Below, piece by piece: positions 23,323-36,125 of a DNA stretch of 64,000 nucleotides. The notes beneath the pieces are model-generated. The model did not search any database. It saw only the letters and a program-made list of their open reading frames with translations, and was not told the DNA's origin. Source of the stretch: Phyllobates terribilis. Lineage: Eukaryota. The stretch is from positions 418,996,001-419,060,000 of the forward strand of contig NW_027362771.1 of assembly GCF_046119375.1 (NCBI RefSeq). Direction: 5' to 3'. Position 1 is the first letter of the stretch; each line of letters starts with the position of its first letter. Made by a program: the position numbers and the translations under genes.

Positions 23323-25674
23323 TTAAAGTGTCTTGTTGGGTTTGAAGTTCTGTCACATCCTCATCTGTTTTCCCCTTTTCAATATCCCTCTCGTGTTCTC
23401 TGGCTCGAATTCTTAATCCCTTCATGGTTAGTCCTATGTAGATTTTTTTGCACGGACACTCCACATAACATATCGCTCCTCTGATGCACAGGTCAGATGA
23501 TATCTCATAGGACAGGTCTTTGCTCCACTGGAATTTTTTAAATCCTATCAGATATCACATTACTTGTTCATCAAAAGGAGTGATATACAGTATTATTCCG
23601 AGTGTCGGTGCAAAAAATCAGACTAACCTCGAGGGAATTCAGAATCCGACCCAGAGAACACGCGAGGGATATTTAAAAGGGGAAAACAGCATAGGATGTG
23701 ACAACTTAAAACCCAACAAGACACTTTAATCATAATCAGAGTAACTCCAGCCTTCTTAAAATAAAAGAAATTGATCTTGTATCTGTGGGTCCCAGCGGAT
23801 TTAAAAAAAGGCTTGCACAAGTAGAGAGCAACTGGATCTCTAGATTAAATACAGTTGTACCTAATGGGCTTCATGAAAATTTTGGCTTCAGTGCATTTTT
23901 GTAAATGATGTCTTGGTATCTGGGGTTGGGGAATTGTTTTCTATCATGTTTAATTTTTCCTGTTGAACTTTAATTTCACTTACCTATCTTTTCTCTCTAT
24001 ACTTGATATTTGTGACATTTGGCCAGTAATGGACTTACCTGATGGTTGGTGAACTCTGGAGTGATGGATGCGCCCCGGATTGGGAGGTCTGTCCTTCCTG
24101 GTGTCCAACTGGCGGAGGATGCTTTTGTGATATCTACGCACAAAAGAAAAGACGTATTATTTTGATATGTCTGATTACAACAGTCTGCCAGGACTTTATT
24201 TACTACTGCCATCTAATGTCCTGGGGATCAATTATGATGCCATTTACATATGGGTCTTAATGTAATAGAATATAGATGGGGTGTTATAATATCTATTTAT
24301 ATTGGCGGTAACATCTCCTTTAGGACTATATACTTAGGCTAACCAGCTCTGAAATATCTTGACCTGAGGATGCTTGTGAATATGAGTAAGAGAAGAGCTC
24401 GGATTAATATTACAAATGTCCTCATGTAGACTCACGGGTGTGATAACAATACCGTATAACCACTTTCACTGGTGGGATAATGCTCTCACTTTGATAAGCA
24501 ATCACCCACCCTTGTACACATATTCTCTTTTTCTGGTCCCCATTGATGAGTGTTTTGCATATCACTATTTTACCAGTCATGCATTTTGATATGTATGGTA
24601 TGGCACTATATATGTCTCCCACGTATGATTGGTTGACATAACACTTTTATCACTTGGGTCCGATGTCTTCATTGTTTATGCCCTTATGTTCTCTTCTCAC
24701 TTTCGATAAAGCCATATTCCCATTTTATGAATAATGGCGTTGGTGTCTATTCTCTTATTTGCACCTTATTCACAGTATCACTAATTATGATTAATGTCTA
24801 AGGTAATAGCACATTTTTTTGCCCTTTGCACTATGAGACACATATTTGTCTTATCACATAGAATAATTGTCATTGTTTGAAATAATAGACGTCCTTTGGG
24901 TTGGGTATTCCAGGCATTTTTGCATATTAGAAATATTATATGTGATCTATAAATATTATATTATTACCAATAGTATTATTTTAACACCTTAGTGAAGAAA
25001 TATGTTTTAATGTAGGAGGTTTATTTTTTTACTTTTTATTCTTTATTTTATGTTGTATGACAAATTATGAGATGACAAATTCTTGTGCGTTTACATTGTG
25101 GCTGGTGCAGATTTTCTCCATAATAAACCCCAACTTTGATCCTTGCAGTAGTGATAACGATCCCCTTATTGAAATGTTGCCTTTCAGGCACCTATAGACA
25201 TTGATCTTACGTGGCAGTATATTTATCCAGTGGATCGGCTTTTCTTCACTGCTGATGATACATGTTTTTTGTTCATTTGCCCCATACTGAGGATTAAGAA
25301 CCTGTATAATAATGAATTTTCTACATTCCATTTTGGTTCTATAAATGCAATCAATATAGCGCAATCCAATCGCGCTCACTTTGGTAGTGCACATGCGCCT
25401 TCATTATACCCCCCAGACTCTTGCCGTTCTCAGCAATAGTACCAGCTGACACGCACCGTCATTTGTGCAGGGAGTTACCCTGGCAATGTTGCCAGTTTGC
25501 GGTTCACTGGAAGTCACCTATTGGGGGCGGTCTTGGGGCCTCATGCGCCACATACACCACATGTGCTCTTACGTCATTTAGCCCTACTTCCAGTCAAATC
25601 ACATGTCCACATCCGACGCCATCATTGACTGTCGCTATCTATTTAATGTACCAGAGTCCTCCTCCCTGACACGC

Positions 25675-25710
25675 CACCCGAGGAAGTGAGATGAAACGCG
25701 TGTCGGGGTG
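25675..25710 (+). ncRNA. Degenerate minimal hammerhead motif (mirror of 15651-15685)
   Basis: CAC-CCGAGGA-agtgagat-GAAA-CGCGTGTC-GGGGTG; core U changed to C. Confidence 0.5.
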
Positions 25711-25777
25711 GAGGGACATTGGACCTTCTCTGCATCTGCTAACTTTACCTGGAAGGTAATGACACACTTTACAATGT

Positions 25778-26236
25778 TAGTAAAATCATAAACGGCACTC
25801 CAGTATGGTCTGATGAGATGCCGGAGTATGGGGTCTAATCTGGGTATATGGTAGCAGTAAAACTCGGCAATCAGTAGACAAAAGTGAATTTATTTACAAT
25901 AGGTCAGTTTGAAGAAACAGGTTATGACGTTTCGGTCCTACATGGACCTTTATCAGATAAATACTGTGGTGTCATAATGGGATGTGAGCATGTGATGTTC
26001 ACAAATGCCAGTTGAGAACACACGGACTGGGTCAGCTGAACAGGTACAAGGTGTCTGCGCTGCAATAATGTCACTAAATTAGCATCAGGAAGGTGCTTCC
26101 ACTACAGCATTTATCTGATGAAGGTCCATGTAGCACCGAAACGTCATCATAAGCTGTTTCTTCGGACTGACCTATTGTAAAGAAATAAACATCTTTTGGT
26201 GCGCAGCCTGCTGAGTGCCGAGTTTTACTGCTACCC
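25778..26236. mobile_element. ~460-bp insert with inverted arms, each carrying a hammerhead motif; 9-bp direct repeat
   Basis: TTACAATGT at 25769-25777 and 26237-26245. Arms about 25851-25968 and 26104-26235. CTGATAA...GAAACGTC on minus (25921-25960) and CTGATGA...GAAACGTC on plus (26111-26148). Confidence 0.65.
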
Positions 26237-26845
26237 TTACAATGTGGCTGTATATTATTTGCCAGACATTGAGACCAGCTATACACTCCTATTATTATCA
26301 TCATTACATTAGGAGGGTCTTTATGATGCATACTAGCACTAAAACCACCCAAGTATTGTCCTATGCTGAGAGTAGGAGGTCTATTCCTATGTCCCTCACA
26401 GACCCTCTAATTATTATCAGCATTACATTAAGGTAACCACCAGGGGCTTTATGATGCATAACAACATTAAAAACACCCAAGTATTGTCCTATGGTGAGAG
26501 CAGCAGGTCTACTCCTATGTTCCTCACAGTGTGAGGCACCTTTCTAACCTTATATGTAGAGTTGTCTATTTATTTATTAAAGAAAAATACAAAGATAAAG
26601 AATTGTTTCTTGAACCTTATCTGAGTGTTAGCCTGGTCACATTGATTTCCTGTTTCCTATACGGTGACAATAAAAATATACAATAAATATTTACAAAAAC
26701 ATATCATGATGATTTATATAGTATTAAGCAGCCAAACTATTGAATAACCTTTTAACTTATTTATATTTTAACCAATTCTTACATGAACTTTGTACAACAA
26801 AGAACCAAAGTCAGTTTTCAAAAAACGAAGCGGTACACGACTGTC

Positions 26846-27012
26846 CCTTTATTATTTATTTATTTATTTTACTCACTTATATAGCGGCATTAATTCCACA
26901 GCGCTTTACAGACATTATTGGCACTGTCCCCACTGGGGCTCACAATCTAAATTCCCTATCAGTATGTCTTTGGAGTGTGGGAGGAAATCCACGCAAACAC
27001 AGGGAGAACATA
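26846..27012 (-). mobile_element. V-SINE-like SINE fragment with L2-type 3' tail
   Basis: Minus strand CAAGGAGTTTGTATGTTCTCCCTGTGTTTGCGTGGATTTCCTCCCACACTCCAAAGAC resembles the V-domain; ends GCCGCTATATAAGT plus an A/TAAA-rich tail. Confidence 0.65.
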
Positions 27013-27262
27013 CAAACTCCTTGTTAGGAAGGCTATTGCAGACAAATCGGGTGAAGCCATTAGAAGCATACCAAGGAATATTCCCTCTTGCAGCAGACGT
27101 CTCAGAGATAAGTGCCTGGGACATTTTGTCAAATCATTATTGCTAAAAGATATGTTCTGTTGTCTGCCTTATTTACTAAAACTGACTGTATTTACTCAAT
27201 GGATATTTCCAGATGATGTGTATGGAAATAATGTAATTGTGTAATCTACCTGTACATAAAAT

Positions 27263-28064
27263 CAAGACTGGCGTCACCACCTGGTGCACCCAGGCAAGTG
27301 CCGGGACCCTGAGCCAGCAGGGAGGCCCACACACCGGCAAGCTATGGGGCCCGTGAGTCAGGGGGCAGCCCGATGCACTAGGCTCCCACCCCCCCATGCT
27401 TTAAACTGTTTGCCTTACTTACCTCTCCCCATTCCCCACAGCTCCGGTGTCTTCCGTGTCTTCTGACTCTGACGTCTCAAGGCAGAGGGCGCAATGACAT
27501 CACTATAGTACGCCCTCTGTGCCGAGCAGTGCAGAGAGACAGAAGACGCTGAGGAGTCCGGAGATGTGGCTAGGGAGGAGATGTGAGTATTTGATTTTAT
27601 TTTTTTATGTATGGAGCATTATATGGGTCCCAATATTCTGTACGGAGCAATATATGGAGTCCATTATTCTGTACAGAGCATTATATGGGGTCCTTTATTC
27701 TGTATGGAGCATTATATGGGGTCCATTTTTCTGTATGGAGCATTATATGGGGTCCATTATTCTGTATGGAGCAATATATGGGGCTTATTATACTGTATGG
27801 AGGACTATACTGTCCAGTATAAAATGAAGACTTTTGAATCCCCCCAGGGCACGCACTGTGCGCTGTGAGGACTCGCCAGTTATTGAGATATTGTAGAATG
27901 TACAATAGCTATCACTCATGTAGTGTAAAAAGTACGTGAAATGTTTGGATTGTACTATACCTATATCTCTCTGCAATATCGCGCATCATGAATCGTGGTA
28001 TGTGTTTCAGGAGCCCACTAAGAGACTTTTGCCTGAGGCCCACGAAAACTTCGAGCCGGCCCTG
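27263..28064. mobile_element. hAT-like MITE with internal ~31-bp minisatellite (27606-27800)
   Basis: Right end GAGCCGGCCCTG, degenerate left end CAAGACTGGC, imperfect 8-bp flanks CATAAAAT / CATATAAG. Confidence 0.45.
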
Positions 28065-28615
28065 CATATAAGTAATGCTACATTAGCAACATACATCCCA
28101 TAAGGGCTGATTTAGACAGGCTAGTAAGATCATTTTGGTGGGAGAGATGCTTTTAAAGCACACCTGTCAGCAGGACTGTGCTCAGTAAACTACATACACT
28201 GTCAGATGGGTGACATTACACTGATTAACATGATACCTTTGTTGATTAAATCCATCACTCTGACTGCAGACTTGTGAGTCCTCACAATGCGTGCTGTGAG
28301 GATTCTCCTGTGTCAGGAGTGGAGGGCGCAAGTATATGAATTGAACACACGCTCACATGCTGACTTGATGCTGCTGAAGGGAAGAAATACACTAGTGATG
28401 AGCATACCCCAAATAAATGCCCAAATTTTTATTCATTAAAAAGACAACACATACAAAGCCATAAAATCATTTAAAATGCATCATGGTTATCCACTATAAT
28501 AAAGTAAAAAGATTGGGCAAATGCTGATACACAATAAACAGTCATGCAGACCAACATATAGTATATATAAAAGTATGACTGCACAGCCAGCTATAAATAT
28601 ATAGATTCAACATAT

Positions 28616-29339
28616 TGTGACATGCAGAAGTAGTGCTGTTGCTTCAAAAGCATCCAGCAACTATAAGGGTTAACACAGTCACAGGAGACAGGGAGTGGTT
28701 AGTAGAGCCCCATTGGGATTGTGGGGGAGTTGTTTACTGTTCTGGCTGGAGCCTAGAGAAAGGTGGTGTGTTATCTGTATCTGACAGAAGGCAACTGAAC
28801 AGGATTCAGATCAGGAGAGAAAGTAAACACAGGTCAGATAAACTCCCTGAGCTAGCAGTGCAGAGTATTATCGAGCAGGAAGATAAGGACTGGAAGGAAT
28901 TGTGTCACAGGGATCATCTTCCTCATCAAACCCTCCCCCCTCCATTTCCATGCAGGATAAAGAATGCTGTGTACTAGTGAGTCCTTGTGAAGGAAAAGCT
29001 TGCTGTTTATGCATAGAAGTGTGCTGCCAAGAGATATAATCTATGCTGAATTATGCTACTGAAGAGACTGACGTTACTGTGCCTGCTTTATGAGACTGTA
29101 CTGTAATGAAGATTGTTGCTGTAATATCCCTGAATTGCACTGGCCATGCTTCAGATTAAATTCCACTGTGAAACTGTTGAAAAGACTCTTGTCAGATGTG
29201 TCTGGTCAGCAACTGAATCTATCGTGTGCCTGAGGGAAGCTGCAGCCTATTTTTGCCCTGAGTAACGGTTTCCCCAGGATTCCAACAAATTCATGGAACC
29301 CGTCTCGCCCTATCTGAACCTAGCGATGTGCGTGTAATA
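28616..29339 (+). mobile_element. Solo LTR (~724 bp)
   Basis: Starts TGTGACA, ends GTGTAATA (probably mutated CA); ATAT on both sides (28612-28615, 29340-29343); TATAAG and ATTAAA signals inside. Confidence 0.6.
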
Positions 29340-29633
29340 ATATGCTGAAATGTCTATAATATAGAAATAGGTGTAAAAGCTTGAAACTACTCACCAAAGT
29401 TTGAAACTCTAACAACCTCCCAACCCAAAAATAAAGACCTACACATGTGCGGGAACTGAGTGTGTAGTAGTCATTACAGATCCCAGAAGCTGGCATGTAG
29501 AAGTGGAAAACCTTACTAAAGCAGGCATGAGGATGACATTCCCATGTAAGAGTCCCACAATGCCTGAGAAAGGTTAAACGTCGTAACAGAATAGCAAAAG
29601 AAGGGAGGCTAGTAGTGAAATGTGAGAAACAGC

Positions 29634-29674
29634 GCTCAACGCGTATCGCTGTGTGTCACAGCTTCATCAGGGGA
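29634..29674 (-). ncRNA. Degenerate hammerhead motif in a PLE remnant
   Basis: CCC-CTGATGA-A-GCTGTG aca CACAGC-GATA-CGCGTT; GAAA has become GATA. Confidence 0.5.
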
Positions 29675-29986
29675 TGTAAGTGGACTCAACAGGCAATAAA
29701 TAGATTACCACAATGTCAAAAATTAGGCATATCACTCCCAAAATCAAATATTTAACACAATACCCAAAGACATCCAGTCATGGGTAAAAAGGAGTATAGA
29801 CAGTAAACATTTAAAAACATCATGTTTTATTAAATCCAAAATTAATAACAAGTTTTAAAATAATCAGGAGAATGCTTATAGCTGATCAGGGACTCATTAC
29901 ACGAGCCTGTATATTCCACCAAATGCTGATCATGGACACATCTATAATGCTGACAGAAAAAGATAATGAACATCCATTTATATATA

Positions 29987-32008
29987 CAGGTGCTTCTCAC
30001 AAAATTAGAATATCATCAAAAAGTTAATTTATTTCAGTTCTTCAATGCGAAAAGTGAAACTCATATATCATATAGAGTCATTACAAGCAGAGTGATCTAT
30101 TTCAAGTGTTTATTTCTGTTAATGTTGATGAATATTGCTTACAGCCAATGAAGACACAAAAGTCATTATCTCAGTAAATTAGAATACTTTATAACAACAG
30201 CTTGAAAATGTTTTTAAAATCTGAAATGTTGGCCTACTGAAATGTATGTTCAGTAAATGCCCTCAATACTTGGTCGGGGCTCCTTTTGCATCAATTACTG
30301 CATCAATGCGGAGTGGCATGGAGGCGATCAGCCTGTGGCCCTGCTGAGGTGTTATGGAAGCCCAGGTTGCTTTGATAGCAGCCTTCAGCTCATCTGCATT
30401 GTTGGGTCTGGTGTCTCTCATCTTCCTCTTGACAAGGTCAGGCGAGTTTGCTGGCTAATCAAGCACAGTGATACTGTTGTTTTTAAACCAGGTATTGGTA
30501 CTTTTGGCAGTGTGGACAGGTGCCAAGTCCTGCCGGAGAATGACATTTCCAACTCCAAAAAGCTTGTCAGCAGAGGGAAGCATGAAGTGCTCTAAAATTT
30601 CCTGGTAGATGGCTGCGCTGACTTTGGTTTTGATAAAACACAGTGGACCTACACCAGCAGATGACATGGCTCCCCAATCCATTACTGGTTGTGGAAACTT
30701 CACACTAGACCTCAAGCAGCTTGGATTGTGGCCTCTCCACTCTTCCTCCAGACTCTGGGACCTTGATTTCCAAATGAAAATTGGAACTCTGTGATCTTGT
30801 GGAGTATGTCAATGACTGCCTTCTGGACGTCTGTCAAGTCAGCAGTCTTCCCCATGATTGTGGAGCCTACTGAATTAGACTTAGGCTATGTGCCCACGAT
30901 GCAGAAATGCTCCGGATTTTTTCCTGAGCATTTCTGCATCTCCCCTGGCATAAAAAACACATGCGGATTGTACATGCGTTTTTCCTGCCAGGGACATGCG
31001 GATGTGATGCGTTCTTCACATGCATTTCCGCATGAGGGTTGACAAGCGCTTTCCAAGTGATTTTAGCATCACTTGGAAAGTGCCTGTCAACTTGGTCACA
31101 CTATATAAATCCATGCAAACGGCATGGATTTATATAGTGTGACCCCAAAGAATGGTTAAAAATAAAAAAATAAATCTATACTTACCTTCCGTTGGCCCCC
31201 GGAGTCTTGCTTTTCTCCGTCCTGGCTGCCGGCAGATGGCGGTACACTGAAGGACCTGCCGACTTCAGCATCGCGTGACCCGTCACATGGCTATGACGTC
31301 AGCGCAGGTCCTTCAGTCCACCGCGATCTGCTGGCATGGGAGGACGAGTGCAGCGGGGGCCGTCAGAAGGTAAATATAATATTTATTTTTTATTTTATTC
31401 TTTTTTTACAGGTTCTATGGTACCCGGGTCCGGAGGAGAGTCTCCTGTCCTCCACACCCGGGTACCATCCGCACATTGAAACGCATGGAATGCGCATCTA
31501 CATATACAGTGATGCGTAATCCATGCGTTCCAATGCAAGTCAATGGCGGCAAAAACGCAGCGCTTCCGCAAAATAATTGGTAGTGCTGCGTTTTTTTCCG
31601 CAATGATAATCCGCAGTGGAAATTTCCGCAGCATGTGCCCAGCACATGCGGATTATCATTGGGGAACATGGCAGGCCTTCTACCATGCGTTTTTTAAGCG
31701 TTTCTGCAGCGTTTTTGCCGCTGCCGAAACGCTTAAAAAACGCATCGTGGGCACACAGCCTAAGGGACATTTTTAAAAGCTTAGGAGGCTTTTGCAGATG
31801 TTTTTTGTTAATTATTCTCATTTACTGAGATAATGACTTTTGTGTTTTCACTGGCTGTAAGCCGTAATCATCAACATTAACAGAAAGAAACACTTGAAAT
31901 AGATCACTCTGTTTGTAATGACTCTATATAATGAGTTTCACTTTTTGTATTGAAGAAGTGAAATTAATTAACTTTTTTATGATATTCTAATTTTGTGAGA
32001 TGCACCTG
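29987..32008 (-). mobile_element. Tc1-like DNA transposon, internally deleted, with transposase remnant
   Basis: TA|CAGGTGCTTCTCACAAAATTAGAATATC...GATATTCTAATTTTGTGAGATGCACCTG|TA, long TIRs. Minus-strand remnant WGAMSSAGVGPL...QDLAPVHTAKST at about 30250-30860. Confidence 0.9.
30884..31760. mobile_element. MITE nested in Tc1 (superfamily uncertain)
   Basis: TA|GGCTATGTGCCCACGATG ... CATCGTGGGCACACAGCC|TA. Confidence 0.75.
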
Positions 32009-32401
32009 TATACTATTTTCTATGTCTAGGAATATACAAAAATAACACATATAGCGGTAGATGCGTAATTTGATAAATGATACTTCCTGCAATATTTTGA
32101 ATTAAATTAAAGTGCAAGTACCTAGCAGCAGAAGATCCCATAGCAAATCCACCCCATATTTATAGAGCCAAAGAAAAAGGTATATAATAGAATATAAAAT
32201 GTAAATGCCAAGTGCAGAAAACATAGCACCTATCAAAATATTGTAGCCAGTATATATAGCCATATACGCTCACTTTGTCCCCAATAAAAACCACTGTATT
32301 TTGGGCTACAAACAAGAGCTCAATAGGATGCAAATTCATACGACCAATACATCAAGTTTAGCCCTGTTGAGGGTATTACTTGACCAATTAATGTGCATAT
32401 A

Positions 32402-35216
32402 CCGTATATACTCGCGTATAAGCAGACCTTTTCAGCCAATTTTTTCGGCTGTAAAAGCCCCCCTCGGCTTTTACGCAGGTATATACTTTATTGTATATAC
32501 ATTCCGGTGGTGAATAGTGGTGGCGGTGGGGGATTGCTGCGGCAGAGGAGAGGGGCACACGCAGTAGCCGCTCCTGCAGCTACCACGTGTGCCAGCTGCT
32601 AAAGGAAAATTAATATTTACCCATCTCCACGCCTCGAGTGGAGAAGAGTGAATATTAATTTCTTTAATAGCGTGCACATAGTGTCACCAGTGCCGCAGCT
32701 ACAGCTGCGGCTCAGTGATCCTCTGTGCCTGCTACTAAAGAGAATGCATATTCACCCTTCTCCACGCCCATGGGAGTGCAGCCGGCTATAAATTTATAGA
32801 TACAACATATTGTGACATGCAGAAGTAGTGCTGTTGCTTCAAAAGCATCCAGCAACTATAAGGGTTAACACAGTCACAGGAGACAGGGAGTGGTTAGTAG
32901 AGCCCCATTGGGATTGTGGGGGAGTTGTTTACTGTTCTGGCTGGAGCCTAGAGAAAGGTGGTGTGTCATCTGTATCTGACAAAATGCAACTGAACAGGAT
33001 TCAGATCAGGAGAGAAACTAAACACAGGTCAGATAAACTCCCTGAACTAACAGTGCAGAGTATTATTGGGCAGGAAGATAAGGACTGGAAGGAATTGTGT
33101 CACAGGGATCATCTCTCTCATCAAACCCTCCCCACCTCCATCTCCATGCAGGATAATAAATGCTGTGTACTAGTGAGTCCTTGTGAAGGAAAAGTCTGCT
33201 GTTTATGCATTGAAGTCTGCTGCCAAGAGATCTAATCTATGCTGAATTATGCTACTGAAGAGACTGACGTTACTGTGCCTGCTTTATGAGACTGTACTGT
33301 AATGAAGATTGTTGCTGTAATATCCCTGAATTGCACTGGCTGTGCTTCAGATTAAATTCCATTGTTAAACTGTGTTAACCCTTAAAGTTGCTGGATGCTT
33401 TTGAAGCAACAGCACTACTTCTGCATGTCACAATATGTTGTATCTATATATTTATTGCCGGCTGCACCCCATGGGCGTGGAGAAGGGTGAACATGCATTT
33501 GTTTTAGTAGCGGGCACGGAGGATAGCTGAGCCGCAGCAGGAGCTGCGACACTGCTGACACTGTGCGCACGCCATTAAAGAACAGGGATATTCACTCCTC
33601 TCCACGCCCATAGTCCCGGCGTAGAGAGGAGTAAATATCCCGACACCTCACCTCGGCATTTGAGGGCACATGGCAGTGACATCATGTGCTGCTCAGATGC
33701 GGAGGTGAGCTGCTGGCAGAACAGAAGCAGCACTGGAGTAGAGGGAAAGAAGGTGAGTAGAAGTGTTTATTTTTTTTAATTTGTGCAGTGATGGGGTGCC
33801 ATGCATACCAGAATTGGAATGACGGGTGCCATGCATACCAGGATGAGAGGGCCATGCATACCAAGATTGGGAATGAGGGGTGCCATGCATATCAGGATTG
33901 AGGATGAGGGGTGCCATGCATACCAGGATTGTGGATTAGGGGTGCTATGCATACCAGGATTGGGATGAGGGGTGCCATGCATACCAGGATTGGAGATGAG
34001 GGGTGCCATTCATACCAGGATTGGAGATGAGGGGTGCCATGCATACCAGGATTGGAGATGAGGGGTGGCATGCATACCAGGACTGGGGATGGGGGTGCCA
34101 TGCATACCAGGACTGGGGATGAGGGTGTCATGAATACCAGGATGAGGGGTGCCATGCATACCAGGAATGAGGGTGAGGGGAGCCATGCATACCAAGATTG
34201 AGAATGAGGGGTGCCATGCATATCAGGATTGAGGATGAGGGGTGCGATGCATACCAGCATTGGGGATGAGTGGTGCCATGCATACCAGGATTGGGATGAG
34301 GGGGCCAAGCATACCAGGATTGGGGATGAGGGGTGCCATGCATACCAGGATTGAGGATGAGGGGTGCCATGCATACCAGGATTGAGGATGAGGGGAGTCA
34401 TGCATACCAAGATTGAGAATGAGGGGTGCCATGCATATCAGGATTGAGGATGAGGGGTGCCATGCATACCAGGATTGGGGATGAGGGGTGCCATGCATAC
34501 CAGGATTGGGATGACAGGTGCCATGCATACCAGGATTGGGATGAGGGGTGCCATGCATACCAGGATTGGAGATGAGGGGTGCCATGCATACCAGGATTGG
34601 GATGAGGGGTGCCATGCATACCAGGACTGGGGATGGGGGTGACATGCATACCAGGACTGGGGATGAGGGTGCCATGCATACCAGGATTGGGGATGAGGGG
34701 TGCCATGCATACCAGGATTGGGATGAGGGGTGCCATGCATACCAGGATTGGGGATGAGGGGTGCCATGCATACCAGGATTGGAGATGAGGGTTGCCATGC
34801 ATACCAGGATTGAAGATGAGGGGTGCCATGCATACCAGGACTGGGGATGGGGGTGCCATGCATACCAGGATTGGGGATGAGGTGACCATGCATACCAGGA
34901 TTGGGATGAGGGGTGCCATTCATACCAGAATTGGATATGAGGGGTGCCATGCATACCAGCATTGGAGATGAGGGGTGCCATGCATACCAGGACTGGGGAT
35001 GAGGGGTGCCATGCATACCAGGACTGGGGATGAGGGGTGCCATGCATACCAGGATTGGGAATGAGTGGGCAATACTTACCAAGATGGGGAAATTTACCAG
35101 TAGCTGCTGCACTTCCCACCCTAGGCTTATACTCGAGTCAATAAGTTTTCCCAGTTTTTTGTGGTAAAATTAGGTGCCTCAGCTATTCGGGTCGGCTTAT
35201 ACTCGAGTATATACGG
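32402..35216. mobile_element. Tc2/pogo-like non-autonomous element with palindromic interior, captured DNA and minisatellite
   Basis: TA|CCGTATATACTCGCGTATAAGC ... GCTTATACTCGAGTATATACGG|TA. Confidence 0.85.
33790..35065. repeat. 31-32-bp minisatellite (GATGAGGGGTGCCATGCATACCAGGATTGGG)n
   Basis: About 40 tandem copies; source of the repetitive ORF-track peptides. Confidence 0.95.
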
Positions 35217-35303
35217 TAAATTAGATGGCATGAATAGTCAGCTTACTTACAAACATACAGGTGAAGTGTTTATGAGCCCTGTAGCTGCACCCCATGTGAT
35301 GGT

Positions 35304-35480
35304 AATAATAATAATTATAATTTTTATTTATATAGCGCCAATATATTCTGCAGCACTTTACAGTTAAGTAGGGGCATGTACAGACAATCTAAACAATACA
35401 ATGAATCACATGTCAACAGTTACATGAGGAGTGAGGGCCCTGCTCGCAAGCTTACAATCTATATGGAAATGGGGGGAATA
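35304..35480 (-). mobile_element. L2 3'-end fragment
   Basis: (TAA)-rich tail, GGCGCTATATAAAT end motif and TAGATTGTAAGCTTGCGAGCAGGGCCCTC, typical of L2 3' UTRs. Confidence 0.6.
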
Positions 35481-35719
35481 TGACATACTTTGATACATAC
35501 ATCAGATGGTATATACTGAATAATATATGATGGTATATAAATATGGAGTGAGCAATTAAATTTCCCAAGGGGTCACATGAGAGAACATGACTGTTGTGAA
35601 GGGACAAACCAGTAAGCTGAAATGAATTCTGCTCAGCATTAATATTAACTACAATTAAAATTAATTTAAAATATCACTTAACATTGATCAGAATTAAGTA
35701 TGCTGACATCCCCCTATAT

Positions 35720-36125
35720 AACGTATGAGCCCGTACATAGCCCACCCATATGCCAGATGAGCACACACACAGCCTCCTGTATACAGTATGAGCCCCCACG
35801 TAGCTCCCTATATACAGTAGGAGACGCAACATAGCCTCCTATATACAGTGTGAGCCCCCACTTAGTCTCTCTGCATACCAGATGAGCCCTCACATAGCTT
35901 CCTTTATACAGTATGAGCCCCCACATAGCCTCCTATATATAGTATAACCCCTCCACACAATCTCCTATATACAGTGTGAGGACCCCCATAGCCTCCTATA
36001 TACAGTGGGGGGACCCAAATAGCCTCTCTATATTCAGTATGAGCCCCCACATAGCCTTCTATATAAAGTGTGAGCTCCCACATAGTCTCCTATATACAGT
36101 ATGAATCTTCACATAGCTCACTATA
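35720..36125. repeat. ~31-bp minisatellite (CAGTATGAGCCCCCACATAGCCTCCTATATA)n
   Basis: About 12 degenerate copies. Confidence 0.8.

Larger units (their letters stand above)
15340..26630. mobile_element. Large fold-back (inverted duplication) of decayed Penelope-like sequence, centre about 23513-23542
   Basis: 15340-16445 mirrors about 24765-26630, and 21901-23512 mirrors 23543-24758. GIY-YIG remnants on both strands (CPCKKIYIGLT...REHERDI minus; ...RLNTVVPNGL plus). Mirrored hammerhead-like motifs. Confidence 0.8.

Noticed and set aside
28633-28977. 114-aa and 135-aa similar ORFs (also 32828-33235)
   Set aside because: Lie within a solo LTR and its local duplicate; GTG starts and no recognisable domain.
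33682-35119. Long repetitive ORFs (MVCMAPL..., HPQSWYAW...) and CRISPR-like periodicity
   Set aside because: 31-32-bp tandem minisatellite with no unique spacers and no cas genes, in eukaryotic context.
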